This document shows positions 19,102-28,824 of a stretch of DNA of 64,000 nucleotides, one piece after another (positions within the stretch are counted from its first letter, which is position 1; the number at the start of each line of letters is the position of its first letter). The stretch is from a virus. A model generated the notes under the pieces. The model worked only from the letters and a program-made list of their open reading frames with translations, made no database searches and was not told where the DNA came from. The stretch spans positions 1-64,000 of the IMG/VR virus record IMGVR_UViG_3300023176_005537; one strand, written 5' to 3'. Made by a program: the position numbers and the translations under genes.

Positions 19102-20115
19102 ATGTTAGAAAAAACTTATTGCTTTGATGATGTTCTTTTGGTTCCAGCTTACTCACAGATCAGAACAAGAAAGGACGTAGACATTTCAGTTGAACTGTCG
19201 CCGGATCTTAAGCTTCATATCCCAATCATTGCGTCCCCAATGGACACGGTGTCTGGTTCAAAGATGGCTATCCGCCTAAATGAACTGGGAGGTATCGCAA
19301 TCCTTCATCGCTACTGTACAATTGAAAGACAAGTGGAAATGGTTGATGAAGTTGTTTCCGCCGGAAGAAAAGTTGGAGCAGCAGTGGGTGCAGTCGGAGA
19401 CTATCTAGAACGCGCTCAGAGGCTCGTAGAGGCTGGTGTATCACTTCTTTGTGTGGATGTGGCTAATGGAGACCACATCTTGGTTGAAGAGGCTCTATAC
19501 CACCTTAAAAGGGTTGTTTCAAATGACATCCACATTATGACAGGGAACGTTGCAACTTTGGCTGGCTTCTCACACAATGCCAGCCACGGAGCGAGTTCTG
19601 TTCGTTGTGGTGTTGGCGGCGGCTCAATGTGTACAACTCGAATTCAAACCGGTCACGGCGTTCCAACTCTACAAACTATCATGTGGGCTTCGAAAGCAAA
19701 GAGAGGCGGAACAAAGATTGTAGCAGATGGTGGGATTAAAACAGCGGGAGATATTGTTAAGTCTCTTGCAGCAGGGGCAGACGTTGTGATGCTTGGCTCT
19801 CTGCTCGCTGGGACAGATGAAGCTCCGGGTCAAATCTTGAACTTGGATGGTAGGCTTTATAAACAATTCAGAGGGATGGCTTCAAAAGAAGCGCAAACAG
19901 ATTGGAGAGGAATGGCAAACTCTGTTGAGGGTGTTACAAGTTATTCTCCCTATAAAGGAAGTGTTGATGGTGTTGTTAAAGGTTTGGTGGATGGCATTCG
20001 CTCTGGCCTTTCCTACTCCGGTGTAACAAGCATCAAAGAACTTCAAGAGAAAGCTAGGTTCTGTCAGATCTCCTCTGCTGGTATGGCAGAATCAAAACCT
20101 CACGGACTGCGATAA
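19102..20115 (+). CDS. IMP dehydrogenase / GMP reductase (CBS-less)
   Basis: FDDVLL.P, SPMDTV, GGGSMCTTR, ADGGI, FRGMAS, EG. Confidence 0.9.
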   Translation: MLEKTYCFDDVLLVPAYSQIRTRKDVDISVELSPDLKLHIPIIASPMDTVSGSKMAIRLNELGGIAILHRYCTIERQVEMVDEVVSAGRKVGAAVGAVGDYLERAQRLVEAGVSLLCVDVANGDHILVEEALYHLKRVVSNDIHIMTGNVATLAGFSHNASHGASSVRCGVGGGSMCTTRIQTGHGVPTLQTIMWASKAKRGGTKIVADGGIKTAGDIVKSLAAGADVVMLGSLLAGTDEAPGQILNLDGRLYKQFRGMASKEAQTDWRGMANSVEGVTSYSPYKGSVDGVVKGLVDGIRSGLSYSGVTSIKELQEKARFCQISSAGMAESKPHGLR

Positions 20116-20456
20116 TGTCAAAGATTTATGGCATTCAAACTAGAGAGAATATAAAAAGACTTTGCCTCTGGATCGACACAGACAAACACGCTAGATTTTT
20201 AATGTGGCTTCGTTACCACGGGCTTTTAAGGCAAGGTGACTTCTTTCGGACATTTGTTGATCTTTGCAACGAAGAGAACCCCGAAGCAATTAAGTTGGTT
20301 GAGCAAGTTAAAACAGAACTTAAACTGGGGAAAAGAAACAATCAATATGCAGCAAAGAAGTTAAGAGAGTCCGAAGGGATAATGGAAGATTATAATTTTG
20401 ATGAGGAAGAGTTGGAGGATCTCTTCAATCTTATCGCAAAAGAAAGGGATTTTTAA
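20115..20456 (+). CDS. hypothetical protein
   Basis: Coupled ORF, 113 aa. Confidence 0.7.
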   Translation: MSKIYGIQTRENIKRLCLWIDTDKHARFLMWLRYHGLLRQGDFFRTFVDLCNEENPEAIKLVEQVKTELKLGKRNNQYAAKKLRESEGIMEDYNFDEEELEDLFNLIAKERDF

Positions 20457-20457
20457 T

Positions 20458-20700
20458 ATGAAAGCGTGTGTGAAAAAATGTGTAATAATGAAAAAGGAGT
20501 GCGAAGAAAGATTATGTAGAATGTGGATCAATTTCCCAGAAGAACTTAATTGTTCTTTTGTTTCAATACAGTTAAACGGTCACATGACACTCAAAGAGAT
20601 TGCAACTAGGTTAAATACTTCTGCGGTTACAATACACGAAACAGAAAAAAAAGCTGTCAATAAAGTGAAATATTTACTTGAATTTGATCTTTTGCCTTAA
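20458..20700 (+). CDS. small protein with sigma70 region-4-like HTH
   Basis: MTLKEIATRLNTS.VTIHETEKKA matches the region 4.2 pattern; Cys-rich N-terminus. Confidence 0.7.
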   Translation: MKACVKKCVIMKKECEERLCRMWINFPEELNCSFVSIQLNGHMTLKEIATRLNTSAVTIHETEKKAVNKVKYLLEFDLLP

Positions 20701-20762
20701 AAGGACTATTTATTTGTAACTGAAACAAATTATATTTGCGCAAATATAAAGGAGAATACGCA

Positions 20763-21311
20763 ATGTCTAAAAGACTGTTGAACGAAGAGGCGATCAGACG
20801 CTTCCAAAAACTGGCTAACATCGCCAGTGGCAAACTTAATGAAGGCATGTACAAAGACGATGAGCCGGCGTACATGGGCCGCGCTTACAAAGAAGATGAG
20901 CCCGAAATGGACGCTCCGGAAATGGACGAGCCGATGCCCGAAAAGAAAACCTTTGACGAAGATGATCTGGTCGCAGGTATCAAAGCAATGATGGACTCTT
21001 TAGGTGTAGACGCAGAAGTTGAGGCCGGCGATGTTGATGAAGCTCCCGAAATGGATGACATGGAAGCTGACGAAGAAGACCTCGAAGTGGACATGGAAGA
21101 AGAGGCCCCCGCTGAAGACTTGATGGAAGCTATGGCTAGCCGTATCACTAAGCGAGTTGTTCGTCGCCTTGACGAAACAAAAAGAAAAAGCAGGAAAGCA
21201 GAAGCTGTCGCTGAAGGAGTGATGAGGCGACTTGATGAAGCAAAGCGAAAAGACAGAAAAGCAGAAGTTATCGCTGAAAGAGTGATGAGACGACTTCAGA
21301 AGCTGAAATAA
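20763..21311 (+). CDS. acidic low-complexity protein, probably virion/scaffold-associated
   Basis: LLNE..RFQKLANI N-terminus, D/E-rich middle, repeated A..V.RRL C-terminus; CTATTTAT at 20706. Confidence 0.55.
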   Translation: MSKRLLNEEAIRRFQKLANIASGKLNEGMYKDDEPAYMGRAYKEDEPEMDAPEMDEPMPEKKTFDEDDLVAGIKAMMDSLGVDAEVEAGDVDEAPEMDDMEADEEDLEVDMEEEAPAEDLMEAMASRITKRVVRRLDETKRKSRKAEAVAEGVMRRLDEAKRKDRKAEVIAERVMRRLQKLK

Positions 21312-21418
21312 TTTGATTTATTTCAAGAAAAGTATTGACTTTTAAAGAACCCGTGAGTATAATAATATTCACGGGTTTTGTTTTATCTGCAAACTAATTA
21401 TTAAAAAAGAGGTGAAAT

Positions 21419-22099
21419 ATGAAGATTTCCGAAGAAAAACAAGCAAAAGAAGAGAAAAAAGAAGAAAAAGGTCTTGATCTTCTTTCTGCGTTTTACATTG
21501 ATGATGTTGCCGGAGGCAAAGAAGAGAACCGTTCGTTTGGTCTTTATGAAGACCTTACCGAAGAAGCAGGAGCTTCTATGGTTTATTCTCTCCTGCATCT
21601 CCACAAAACAGGAAAACAAAGTGTTCTCAAAGAAGAGGCAATGGACAAAGAAGAGCCTACTGACGAAGATTATGAAGAAACATATAAACCAATCAAGTTT
21701 ATTATCTCAACGCACGGCGGCTCCGCTCACGAAATGTTTGCCATTTATGATGTAATGGATCTTGTCAAAGAAGACTGTGAGATTGAAACAATCGGTCTTG
21801 GAAAGGTTATGTCAGCAGGAGTTCTTCTTCTCGCAGCAGGAACAAAAGGCAAGAGAAAGATTGGAAAGAATTGCAGGGTGATGATCCACCCTGTTGCTGG
21901 TGGGGCAGTTGGAGATCTTCAAGACATTGAAAACGACACAAAAGAAATCAAAGTTCTTCAAAAGCAATACATTGAATGCCTTGCAAGAGAAACAAACCTT
22001 TCAGAGAAAAAGTTGAGGTCTTTGATCAAAAAGAAAGTGAATTGTTATTTTTCAGCAGAAGAAGCAATTGAAATGGGAATTGCAGATCAAATTTTATAA
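21419..22099 (+). CDS. clpP: ATP-dependent Clp protease proteolytic subunit
   Basis: ISTHGGS, GLGKVMSAG, GTKGKR, MIHP, SAEEA..GIAD. Confidence 0.9.
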   Translation: MKISEEKQAKEEKKEEKGLDLLSAFYIDDVAGGKEENRSFGLYEDLTEEAGASMVYSLLHLHKTGKQSVLKEEAMDKEEPTDEDYEETYKPIKFIISTHGGSAHEMFAIYDVMDLVKEDCEIETIGLGKVMSAGVLLLAAGTKGKRKIGKNCRVMIHPVAGGAVGDLQDIENDTKEIKVLQKQYIECLARETNLSEKKLRSLIKKKVNCYFSAEEAIEMGIADQIL

Positions 22100-22111
22100 G
22101 GAATTGTTAAA

Positions 22112-23395
22112 ATGGAATTGAAAATTAATGAACTTTTGGAACTTATCCGTGAACAAGTTGAATTGTTTGAAGAAAGATCACCTTCTGTCCAAGCACAGGT
22201 TAACGCTCGCGCTTCGGATGACATGTCTATTCCCTTCCCGACAATCAAGATCACGGAAGCGTGGGGACAGCCAGACTCGGAAGATCGACAGGTTCTAGAA
22301 CTTCTTATGAAGAATGTTAAGGGAAACACTGTTGAGGAAAAATTGGACAGTGTGAGTAAGTTCTTGGAATATCAACCGGAAAGAAAGATCAATGAGATCT
22401 TTTCAAATCTTTTGTTCACAGAGATTTTCTCTAATATTATGGATGAGTACAATGCTTCAACGGCTGGGTTTCTGTTTGAAGCTTTCCTAGCAGGTCTTTT
22501 TGGTGGTTCGCGCTCTTTGCAGATTGCTGATAAAGATGAAGAAACTGGAAACCTTCCAATTGTTGACGTTGAATTGAATGGAGAGCCTTATAGTTTGAAA
22601 GTCCTTTCTCCTAAAACTTCTGTCAAGGGATCGTTTTTTAACTTGGTTAACCATTTTGATAAAAGCGACTATGTAAAATACTTGGTCGTTGAAAAACAAG
22701 GCGAAGGGGTACTGGCGTTTTATGAATTTGAACTTAACTTAAAGACATTTCTGGACTACATCGGCTTCAGCAGTGGTGAAATGAAAGATAAGTACTATAC
22801 AGGTCTTGTGAAGGTTAAGGATCTTAAGATCGACTCCGACGGCAAATTATACTACGTCCCCGAAGACAATGATGAAGAGGATCCGGAAGAGTATCCGGTC
22901 ACAGGCGGAGTACAAGCAGCAAAAGAAGCTATTAAAAACTTGAAAGACGGCGAAGACGCGGAAGTCCAAATTAAATATTCTCCGGGACAGGCCCCAGTTG
23001 TCAGCGCGAATACAAAAAAGCTGTATGGTAGTCTTGAAGCTTATAAGGAATTGCGTGAAAAGAGGCCAAACGAGTTGCTCGACGCACTGAAGTTAACTCC
23101 CGGATATCAAAAAGAAGAACAATTCTTGATCAGTCCAGCGTATGTGAAAAATACAGCAGTACTAATCGGTAAGTTAGATCTGGGTCGCGAAAAGTTAAAA
23201 GCCGTTGCAAAAGAATATGCCAAAGATCTAGAAGATAGTTTGATTCCAATTTACAGAGCATTGCAAGAAATTACAATGAATACAAATAAATATTTCTTAT
23301 CAGATGAGGGTGAAACTGGAAGAAAGAAACACGCTTTGCAGGCATCCGGCAATGCCGGAACTTTGAAAACAGAAACGGATAAGCTGATTAAATAG
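22112..23395 (+). CDS. hypothetical protein with leader-like N-terminus and possible restriction-endonuclease-like core
   Basis: MELKINELLELIREQ; GFLFEAFLA..IVDV..YSLK. Confidence 0.5.
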   Translation: MELKINELLELIREQVELFEERSPSVQAQVNARASDDMSIPFPTIKITEAWGQPDSEDRQVLELLMKNVKGNTVEEKLDSVSKFLEYQPERKINEIFSNLLFTEIFSNIMDEYNASTAGFLFEAFLAGLFGGSRSLQIADKDEETGNLPIVDVELNGEPYSLKVLSPKTSVKGSFFNLVNHFDKSDYVKYLVVEKQGEGVLAFYEFELNLKTFLDYIGFSSGEMKDKYYTGLVKVKDLKIDSDGKLYYVPEDNDEEDPEEYPVTGGVQAAKEAIKNLKDGEDAEVQIKYSPGQAPVVSANTKKLYGSLEAYKELREKRPNELLDALKLTPGYQKEEQFLISPAYVKNTAVLIGKLDLGREKLKAVAKEYAKDLEDSLIPIYRALQEITMNTNKYFLSDEGETGRKKHALQASGNAGTLKTETDKLIK

Positions 23396-23403
23396 GAGGG
23401 CAT

Positions 23404-24972
23404 ATGCCGCTAGAATACAATTCAAAAAAACAACTTCAAGAAAAGATCCAAAAAGGGATCAAAACCCTAACAGAGTATGTTTCTTCAACTCTCGGCCCGA
23501 AAGGAAGAAATGTTATTCTACATCAAAAAGATACAACCCCAATCATCACAAAAGATGGAGTAACAGTTGCAAACTTTGTTTCATTTGAAGATCCATTTGA
23601 AAACATCGGAGCGCAGGTTCTTAAACAAGCATCACAAAAAACAGCAAACGACGCTGGCGATGGAACCACAACAACAACTGTTCTTGCTTCTGCAATCTAC
23701 GAAGAGTCCCAGAAATACATTTCAGCAGGACTTTCCCCTACTGATCTGAAAAGAGGAATGGAGAAAGCAGCAGAAGATCTTATTGGGAACCTTCAAAAGC
23801 AAAGCAACCCTGTTTCTTCAATTGAAGATATTGAAAGGGTTGCAACAATCTCTGCCAACAACGATCAAAAGATTGGTTCTCTTATTGCAGAAGCAATTGA
23901 GAAAGCAGGTAGAGACGGTGCAATCAACATTGAAGAAGGCAACAGCCTAGAAACCACCTTACAGACCATTGAAGGCTTTAGAATCGACACAGGCTGGGTA
24001 GCATCGGCTTTCATCACAGATGAGCGTAGAGGGGCTGCTAGGCTGTCTAACGCGCATATTCTAATCACTGACCACAAGGTAGAGATGGTCGAAGATATGC
24101 TTCCTGCTTTGGAACTGGTCGCAAGAGATGGAAGGCCACTAGTGATCGTGGCTGATGCCCTTGAGGGTCAAGCATTAGCTGCTTTGATCATGAACACTGT
24201 TCGAGGCTCTTTGAAGATCTTGGCTGTTAAGCCTCCTCGCTTTGGAACAGAGCGAAGAAAGATCATGGAAGACCTTGCAATCTCTACGGGAGCCACAATG
24301 GTTTCAATGGAGAAAGGAATGTCTTTGCGAGATGTTACTTTGGAAATGCTCGGCTCAACAAAGTCTGTTGATTCAATCAAGAACAACACAGTCTTTATGG
24401 GAGGTGGCGGAGATCCTGAAAAGATCGACAAAAGAATTGACGCACTAACAGAAGAGATCAAACAAACAGATGACATTCACGAGTGCGAAAGAATCCAAGA
24501 AAGGATCACAAGGTTGGCTTCTGGCGTGTCAGTTATCAGAGTTGGTGGTCTAACAGAAGTGGAAATGATTGAAAGAAAACATCGCATTGAAGATGCTTTG
24601 GAGGCAGTTCGCTCCGCACAGGAAGAAGGGATCGTTGTTGGAGGAGGGATGGCTCTCCTGAAAGCTAGAAGAAAGCTCAAGCCCAAAGGAGACAACGAAG
24701 ATCAGATCGCTGGCTACAAGATTGTTTTGAAGGCTTGCGAGAAACCTTTCAGGCAGATTGCAGACAACTGTGGTCTGGATGCTTCTGTTTGTTTGGAGAG
24801 AGCAGAGAAGGGAAAGAAAGACTGGGGTTACAACTTCCAGAGAAACAAGTTGACAAACTTTGTTGAAGATGGTATCATTGATCCTGTTAAAGTCACACGA
24901 TGTGCTTTGCTCAACGCTGTCTCTGTCGCTGGAACTTTAATTACTTCCAACCACGCCATTGTAGAGGTTTGA
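23404..24972 (+). CDS. groEL: chaperonin GroEL
   Basis: TLGPKGRNV, TKDGVTVA, AGDGTTT, ISANND, IEDAL, GGG, GIIDP.KV. Confidence 0.97.
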   Translation: MPLEYNSKKQLQEKIQKGIKTLTEYVSSTLGPKGRNVILHQKDTTPIITKDGVTVANFVSFEDPFENIGAQVLKQASQKTANDAGDGTTTTTVLASAIYEESQKYISAGLSPTDLKRGMEKAAEDLIGNLQKQSNPVSSIEDIERVATISANNDQKIGSLIAEAIEKAGRDGAINIEEGNSLETTLQTIEGFRIDTGWVASAFITDERRGAARLSNAHILITDHKVEMVEDMLPALELVARDGRPLVIVADALEGQALAALIMNTVRGSLKILAVKPPRFGTERRKIMEDLAISTGATMVSMEKGMSLRDVTLEMLGSTKSVDSIKNNTVFMGGGGDPEKIDKRIDALTEEIKQTDDIHECERIQERITRLASGVSVIRVGGLTEVEMIERKHRIEDALEAVRSAQEEGIVVGGGMALLKARRKLKPKGDNEDQIAGYKIVLKACEKPFRQIADNCGLDASVCLERAEKGKKDWGYNFQRNKLTNFVEDGIIDPVKVTRCALLNAVSVAGTLITSNHAIVEV

Positions 24973-25011
24973 ACTAATTATTGTGTATGACATTGAAAGG
25001 AGGGAAATAAA

Positions 25012-25305
25012 ATGACACCATCTAAAGATTCAATGCAAGCGATTAAAAACTTGGACATGGAGATCGACTTTGAATTAAAAAAGATTTCCCTTACAGTAGA
25101 CGAGATTAATAAACGCCAAGAGCAAATGGCATCGGACATTAAACAAATTAAAGACGCAGTGTACAACCCTGAAACTGGTTTGTACGCTAGAATTAAACAG
25201 TTGGAAAACTGGAAGAACGGAGTATCAAAAGTTCTTTGGTCTGTTGCTACAACAACCTTGGGACTTTTGGTCGTTACTGTATGGAAACTAATCACAACAA
25301 AATAA
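25012..25305 (+). CDS. coiled-coil plus C-terminal TM protein (XhlA/holin-like)
   Basis: Heptad N-terminus and a single C-terminal hydrophobic helix. Confidence 0.45.
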   Translation: MTPSKDSMQAIKNLDMEIDFELKKISLTVDEINKRQEQMASDIKQIKDAVYNPETGLYARIKQLENWKNGVSKVLWSVATTTLGLLVVTVWKLITTK

Positions 25306-25317
25306 CAGGAGGCAGGA

Positions 25318-25614
25318 ATGCTGGTAGAATTGGTTGAAGTTTTTGCAAGAACAAATTACACAAATGCTCCCAAAAGGGATTTTAATTTAAGAAAAGTTTA
25401 TGTTAATCCAAAAAGCGTTTCTCTGATTAGAGAAGAAACAATGATGAGAACTTATCTACAAGAAGGTGTTCTTCCTGAAGGTTTGAATGAGGCAACTTCT
25501 TTTACTAGGTTGAACCTCCATGACTCTGGCTCTGTTTCTTCTATTGTTGTTGTGGGAACACCGCAAGCTATCAACGAAAAGCTAGCCACCCAAAGAGGTC
25601 TTTTAAAAGGTTAA
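25318..25614 (+). CDS. hypothetical protein
   Basis: AGGAGG RBS. Confidence 0.75.
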   Translation: MLVELVEVFARTNYTNAPKRDFNLRKVYVNPKSVSLIREETMMRTYLQEGVLPEGLNEATSFTRLNLHDSGSVSSIVVVGTPQAINEKLATQRGLLKG

Positions 25615-25950
25615 ATGAAGTTTTTCATCCTAATGTTCCTATTCACAATAGGACACGCATTAAGCTGGTTACAACTTAATGCAGGGTTTTGTATTAAGTG
25701 GTTTGAAGGCAAGCTCTTCACTCCACTTTTTTTGTTTGGAACTCCTTCTGGTATAATTTTTATGCTTGGTTTCAAGTACGGTTACGAGGACTTTGGCTCG
25801 TGGGGCAATCGTTTTATTGCGTTTGCAGCGAGCTTTTTGGTTTGGCCTGTATTTAGTTATATGTTTCTAAATGAGCCTTTCTTTACTTTACGGTCTTTGA
25901 CTTGTTTTGTTTTGGCTTGTTTGATCTTGTTGGCACAATTTAAACTATGA
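25615..25950 (+). CDS. small 4-TM membrane protein (SMR/EamA-like size)
   Basis: Four hydrophobic segments; LNEP loop. Confidence 0.6.
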   Translation: MKFFILMFLFTIGHALSWLQLNAGFCIKWFEGKLFTPLFLFGTPSGIIFMLGFKYGYEDFGSWGNRFIAFAASFLVWPVFSYMFLNEPFFTLRSLTCFVLACLILLAQFKL

Positions 25951-26615
25951 AGGTAATACCAATGGCTTGTTCTTTTTGCGGTAAGAAAAATCACAATGTT
26001 CGCACTTGTAGAAGATACATACAGCACGAGCATCTGCAAAAAGAAATCACCCATTGGCTAACAGAGATAGCAAAAGACATTATCGTGTCAACTGGACTTC
26101 ACCGTGGGGTCTTTTGTCAGGTTTACAAATCAAAAGAGATTACTCCAACAAACGGTGTCATCCTAGATATTGCTTGGAGAAACTTCTCTGCCAATTCTCT
26201 TTTTGAGTTTAATTGGAAAAACAATAACAACTGGTTCTTCCCTCACACCTACTACTGTATTAAAGTATTAAATCAAAAAACAATGAAGCCAGACCATTTC
26301 CATCTAACACAGATAGAACAAGTCAGGATGTTCTTGTTGAAAAAGTTCCCAGAAGTTAGAGAACAGAACAGCCTTATTAAACTAAATCATACAACTGGTG
26401 TCAATTCAAAGCTGTACTCCGATGTTATCAATGTTTATCAGACAGACAACGAAAAAAGTATCCAAGAAGAGTTGGGGAGGTTATCTGATATAAACAATAT
26501 TGTTTTGTCAGGTGAATACCCAAACAACCTTCATCACTCCTACAATCGCTCCTACACAAAGTTCTACACCCTCGTCCACCAGTATCTTAAAGACCACTTC
26601 AAAAAAACTTCTTGA
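25947..26615 (+). CDS. hypothetical protein with N-terminal CCHC zinc knuckle
   Basis: CSFCGKKNHNVRTC. Confidence 0.65.
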   Translation: MKVIPMACSFCGKKNHNVRTCRRYIQHEHLQKEITHWLTEIAKDIIVSTGLHRGVFCQVYKSKEITPTNGVILDIAWRNFSANSLFEFNWKNNNNWFFPHTYYCIKVLNQKTMKPDHFHLTQIEQVRMFLLKKFPEVREQNSLIKLNHTTGVNSKLYSDVINVYQTDNEKSIQEELGRLSDINNIVLSGEYPNNLHHSYNRSYTKFYTLVHQYLKDHFKKTS

Positions 26616-26663
26616 CATTTCAGCCCAACTTTGCAATAATGGCTGCAAACGTTGGAGGTTCAA

Positions 26664-26984
26664 ATGAGAACAAAAGAGATCAGAAAATGGATCAATGAAG
26701 GAGGATCGCTCCCTCAAGATCTGACACAAGAAGAAAAAGAACACCTCAAGGGATTGGAGTGTTTGAAGTTGCAAGGCTGGCATAACAACGGGCAGAAGAG
26801 CTATGAACGGTACTACCTCCGAGGGAAACAGCACGGAAAGAAAGAATCATGGTGGAGCAGCGGACAGAAGTCTTATGAATGGAACTTCCTCCACGGAATG
26901 AAGCACGGTGTGTTCAAAGGTTGGGATAAAGACGGAAACCTCTTCATTGACGAAGAATATTTCTACGGGAACAAAATCAAATGA
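26664..26984 (+). CDS. MORN-variant (YwqK-like) repeat protein, paralogue 1
   Basis: W..NGQK..E..Y..G..HG repeats; GGAGG RBS. Confidence 0.85.
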   Translation: MRTKEIRKWINEGGSLPQDLTQEEKEHLKGLECLKLQGWHNNGQKSYERYYLRGKQHGKKESWWSSGQKSYEWNFLHGMKHGVFKGWDKDGNLFIDEEYFYGNKIK

Positions 26985-27382
26985 GAACAAAAGAGATCAG
27001 AAAATGGATCAATGAAGGCGGATCACTCCCTCAAGATCTAACTCAAGAAGAACACAAATACCTTTCAAGGTTGGGGTGGAGGAAGATGGTGATGGAGTAT
27101 GATAATGGACAGAAAGAGTTTGAATGGCACTATCTCCATGAAGAGTGGCACGGAGAGTGGAAAAAGTGGTATCCGAACGGGCAGAAGTTCTGTGAACGGC
27201 ACTACCTCCACGGGGAAAAGCACGGAAAGCAGGAAGGGTGGTGGGAAAACGGAAAGAAGAGTTTTGAACAACACTGCTTCCACGGAATGAAGCACGGTGT
27301 GTTCAAAGAGTGGTATGAAGATGGAGACCTCCTCATTGACGAAGAGTATTTCTATGGGAACAAAATCAAAAAAACTTCTTGA
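26981..27382 (+). CDS. MORN-variant repeat protein, paralogue 2
   Basis: First 24 aa identical to paralogue 1; one extra repeat. Confidence 0.85.
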   Translation: MRTKEIRKWINEGGSLPQDLTQEEHKYLSRLGWRKMVMEYDNGQKEFEWHYLHEEWHGEWKKWYPNGQKFCERHYLHGEKHGKQEGWWENGKKSFEQHCFHGMKHGVFKEWYEDGDLLIDEEYFYGNKIKKTS

Positions 27383-27455
27383 CAAGCAAAGACAGAATGG
27401 TTATACTTTCAACACAAAAGGGCAAAAGCCCATTTCAAACAAAAGGAGATTTATT

Positions 27456-27842
27456 ATGTTTGCACTTACCACAAAAAACGATGGACTTTTTGATCTTTTC
27501 TTTGATCGACCTCTGGATGTTAGGTCAAGCTATCAAAGAACAAAAGTTCAAACAAAGGTTGTTTCGGAGAGCGATCAGTTCAAGATCCAGATTGCAGCCG
27601 TTGGTGTCCCCAAGGAATTGGTTGACATTCAGGTTGTTGGGGATGTTTTGACAGTTTCTCACGAACACAACGAAGAAAAAGAAAACAGTTACTTCTGTTC
27701 TTCTTTCAAGAAAAGCTGGACACTCCCAGAAAACACTGATCTTGAAAAGATCTCGGCAAAAGCACAGGATGGCATCTTTGAGATTTCAATTCCAAAAGTG
27801 GAGCCTGTCAAGCCGACAACAAAAAAGATCGAAATTAATTAA
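27456..27842 (+). CDS. small heat-shock protein Hsp20
   Basis: Alpha-crystallin features: GV.KE.VDI, F.KSWTLPEN.D..KISA..DG..EISIPK. Confidence 0.9.
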   Translation: MFALTTKNDGLFDLFFDRPLDVRSSYQRTKVQTKVVSESDQFKIQIAAVGVPKELVDIQVVGDVLTVSHEHNEEKENSYFCSSFKKSWTLPENTDLEKISAKAQDGIFEISIPKVEPVKPTTKKIEIN

Positions 27843-27889
27843 GAAAACACTGGGATTTCTTCTATTTATATACAAAAAGGAGGTTAAAA

Positions 27890-27973
27890 ATGGACTTTAG
27901 AGAAAAATGCTGTGCAGGTGCAATTGGATTTTATATTTCTTGTATTGTTACTTTGTGCTTTATGTTTTATTAA
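27890..27973 (+). CDS. 27-aa hydrophobic peptide (not in ORF track)
   Basis: AAGGAGG RBS, CTATTTAT at 27862; MDFREKCCAGAIGFYISCIVTLCFMFY. Confidence 0.5.
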   Translation: MDFREKCCAGAIGFYISCIVTLCFMFY

Positions 27974-27986
27974 TAGAGGAAATCTT

Positions 27987-28367
27987 ATGAAGAAATTATT
28001 ACTAGAAGACCTTGAGTTTGAGATTTTTGAAGTTTATGTTTTGTTTTCTTTTGCTCGCGACCGTGACATTGAAACAAAGAAGTTTGAAAACATTCTTCGC
28101 TCTGTTCCAAACGTCACAGTTACGCGAGGGTTGGAAACAATCAAAAGACCAAGCAGGACTTACATTAAAACTATCGTAAAGTTTAACTCAATGTTTATTG
28201 GAGATAGAACACCTGAAAAATATGTTAGAGATGTTCTGATCCCCTCTATCAAGAAAAACATTCCCTTTAAGTATCGCCCTTCTATCTTGGATTGGAAAAT
28301 GGAAGGCTCCTATGGTTCCGAAAAATCCAACCTCCAGCCCGGACACGCCACACGAGAAACCTCTTGA
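27987..28367 (+). CDS. hypothetical protein
   Basis: GAGG RBS; MKKLLLE start. Confidence 0.7.
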   Translation: MKKLLLEDLEFEIFEVYVLFSFARDRDIETKKFENILRSVPNVTVTRGLETIKRPSRTYIKTIVKFNSMFIGDRTPEKYVRDVLIPSIKKNIPFKYRPSILDWKMEGSYGSEKSNLQPGHATRETS

Positions 28368-28410
28368 CATTCCCTTGAAATTGTGCTATCCTTTATAAAA
28401 AGGAGCAGCA

Positions 28411-28824
28411 ATGGACAAAAAACTAACCGATTGGATCGAATCAAAAGGGATCACCCTGATCCCTGACAAGATCGATCTTTTCGATCGCTACACCAAAACA
28501 ATCAAATACAACAAGCACAACAAGAAAGAGAATCAATTGTTCTCTATCCTGCATGAGTGCGGTCACTTCCTGCTACAACAAAACATATATACATACGCGA
28601 AGAAGTACAAGGCGCAAGTAGATTTCAATACAAGGTTGTTTGATAAGCCTTTTCGTCCTTACAAGATCTCTGTTTTGAAAGAAGAATACGATGCTTGGGA
28701 CAGAGGCTTGGCTTTGGCAAAAAGGTTAAAGATTGACATTGACGAAGAAAAGTATTACAATTACGCTTCAAAGTTTTTGTACACATACTGCAAATGGGTG
28801 GTATCAAGGAGGAGAAATGTGTAA
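28411..28824 (+). CDS. zincin-like metallopeptidase
   Basis: HECGH plus downstream EEYDAW. Confidence 0.7.
   Translation: MDKKLTDWIESKGITLIPDKIDLFDRYTKTIKYNKHNKKENQLFSILHECGHFLLQQNIYTYAKKYKAQVDFNTRLFDKPFRPYKISVLKEEYDAWDRGLALAKRLKIDIDEEKYYNYASKFLYTYCKWVVSRRRNV

Noticed and set aside
479-24972. Inteins, introns or stop-codon reassignment in core genes
   Set aside because: RecA, helicase, NrdJ, DnaE and GroEL are of normal length and uninterrupted in the standard code; all three stop codons end genes; no suppressor tRNA
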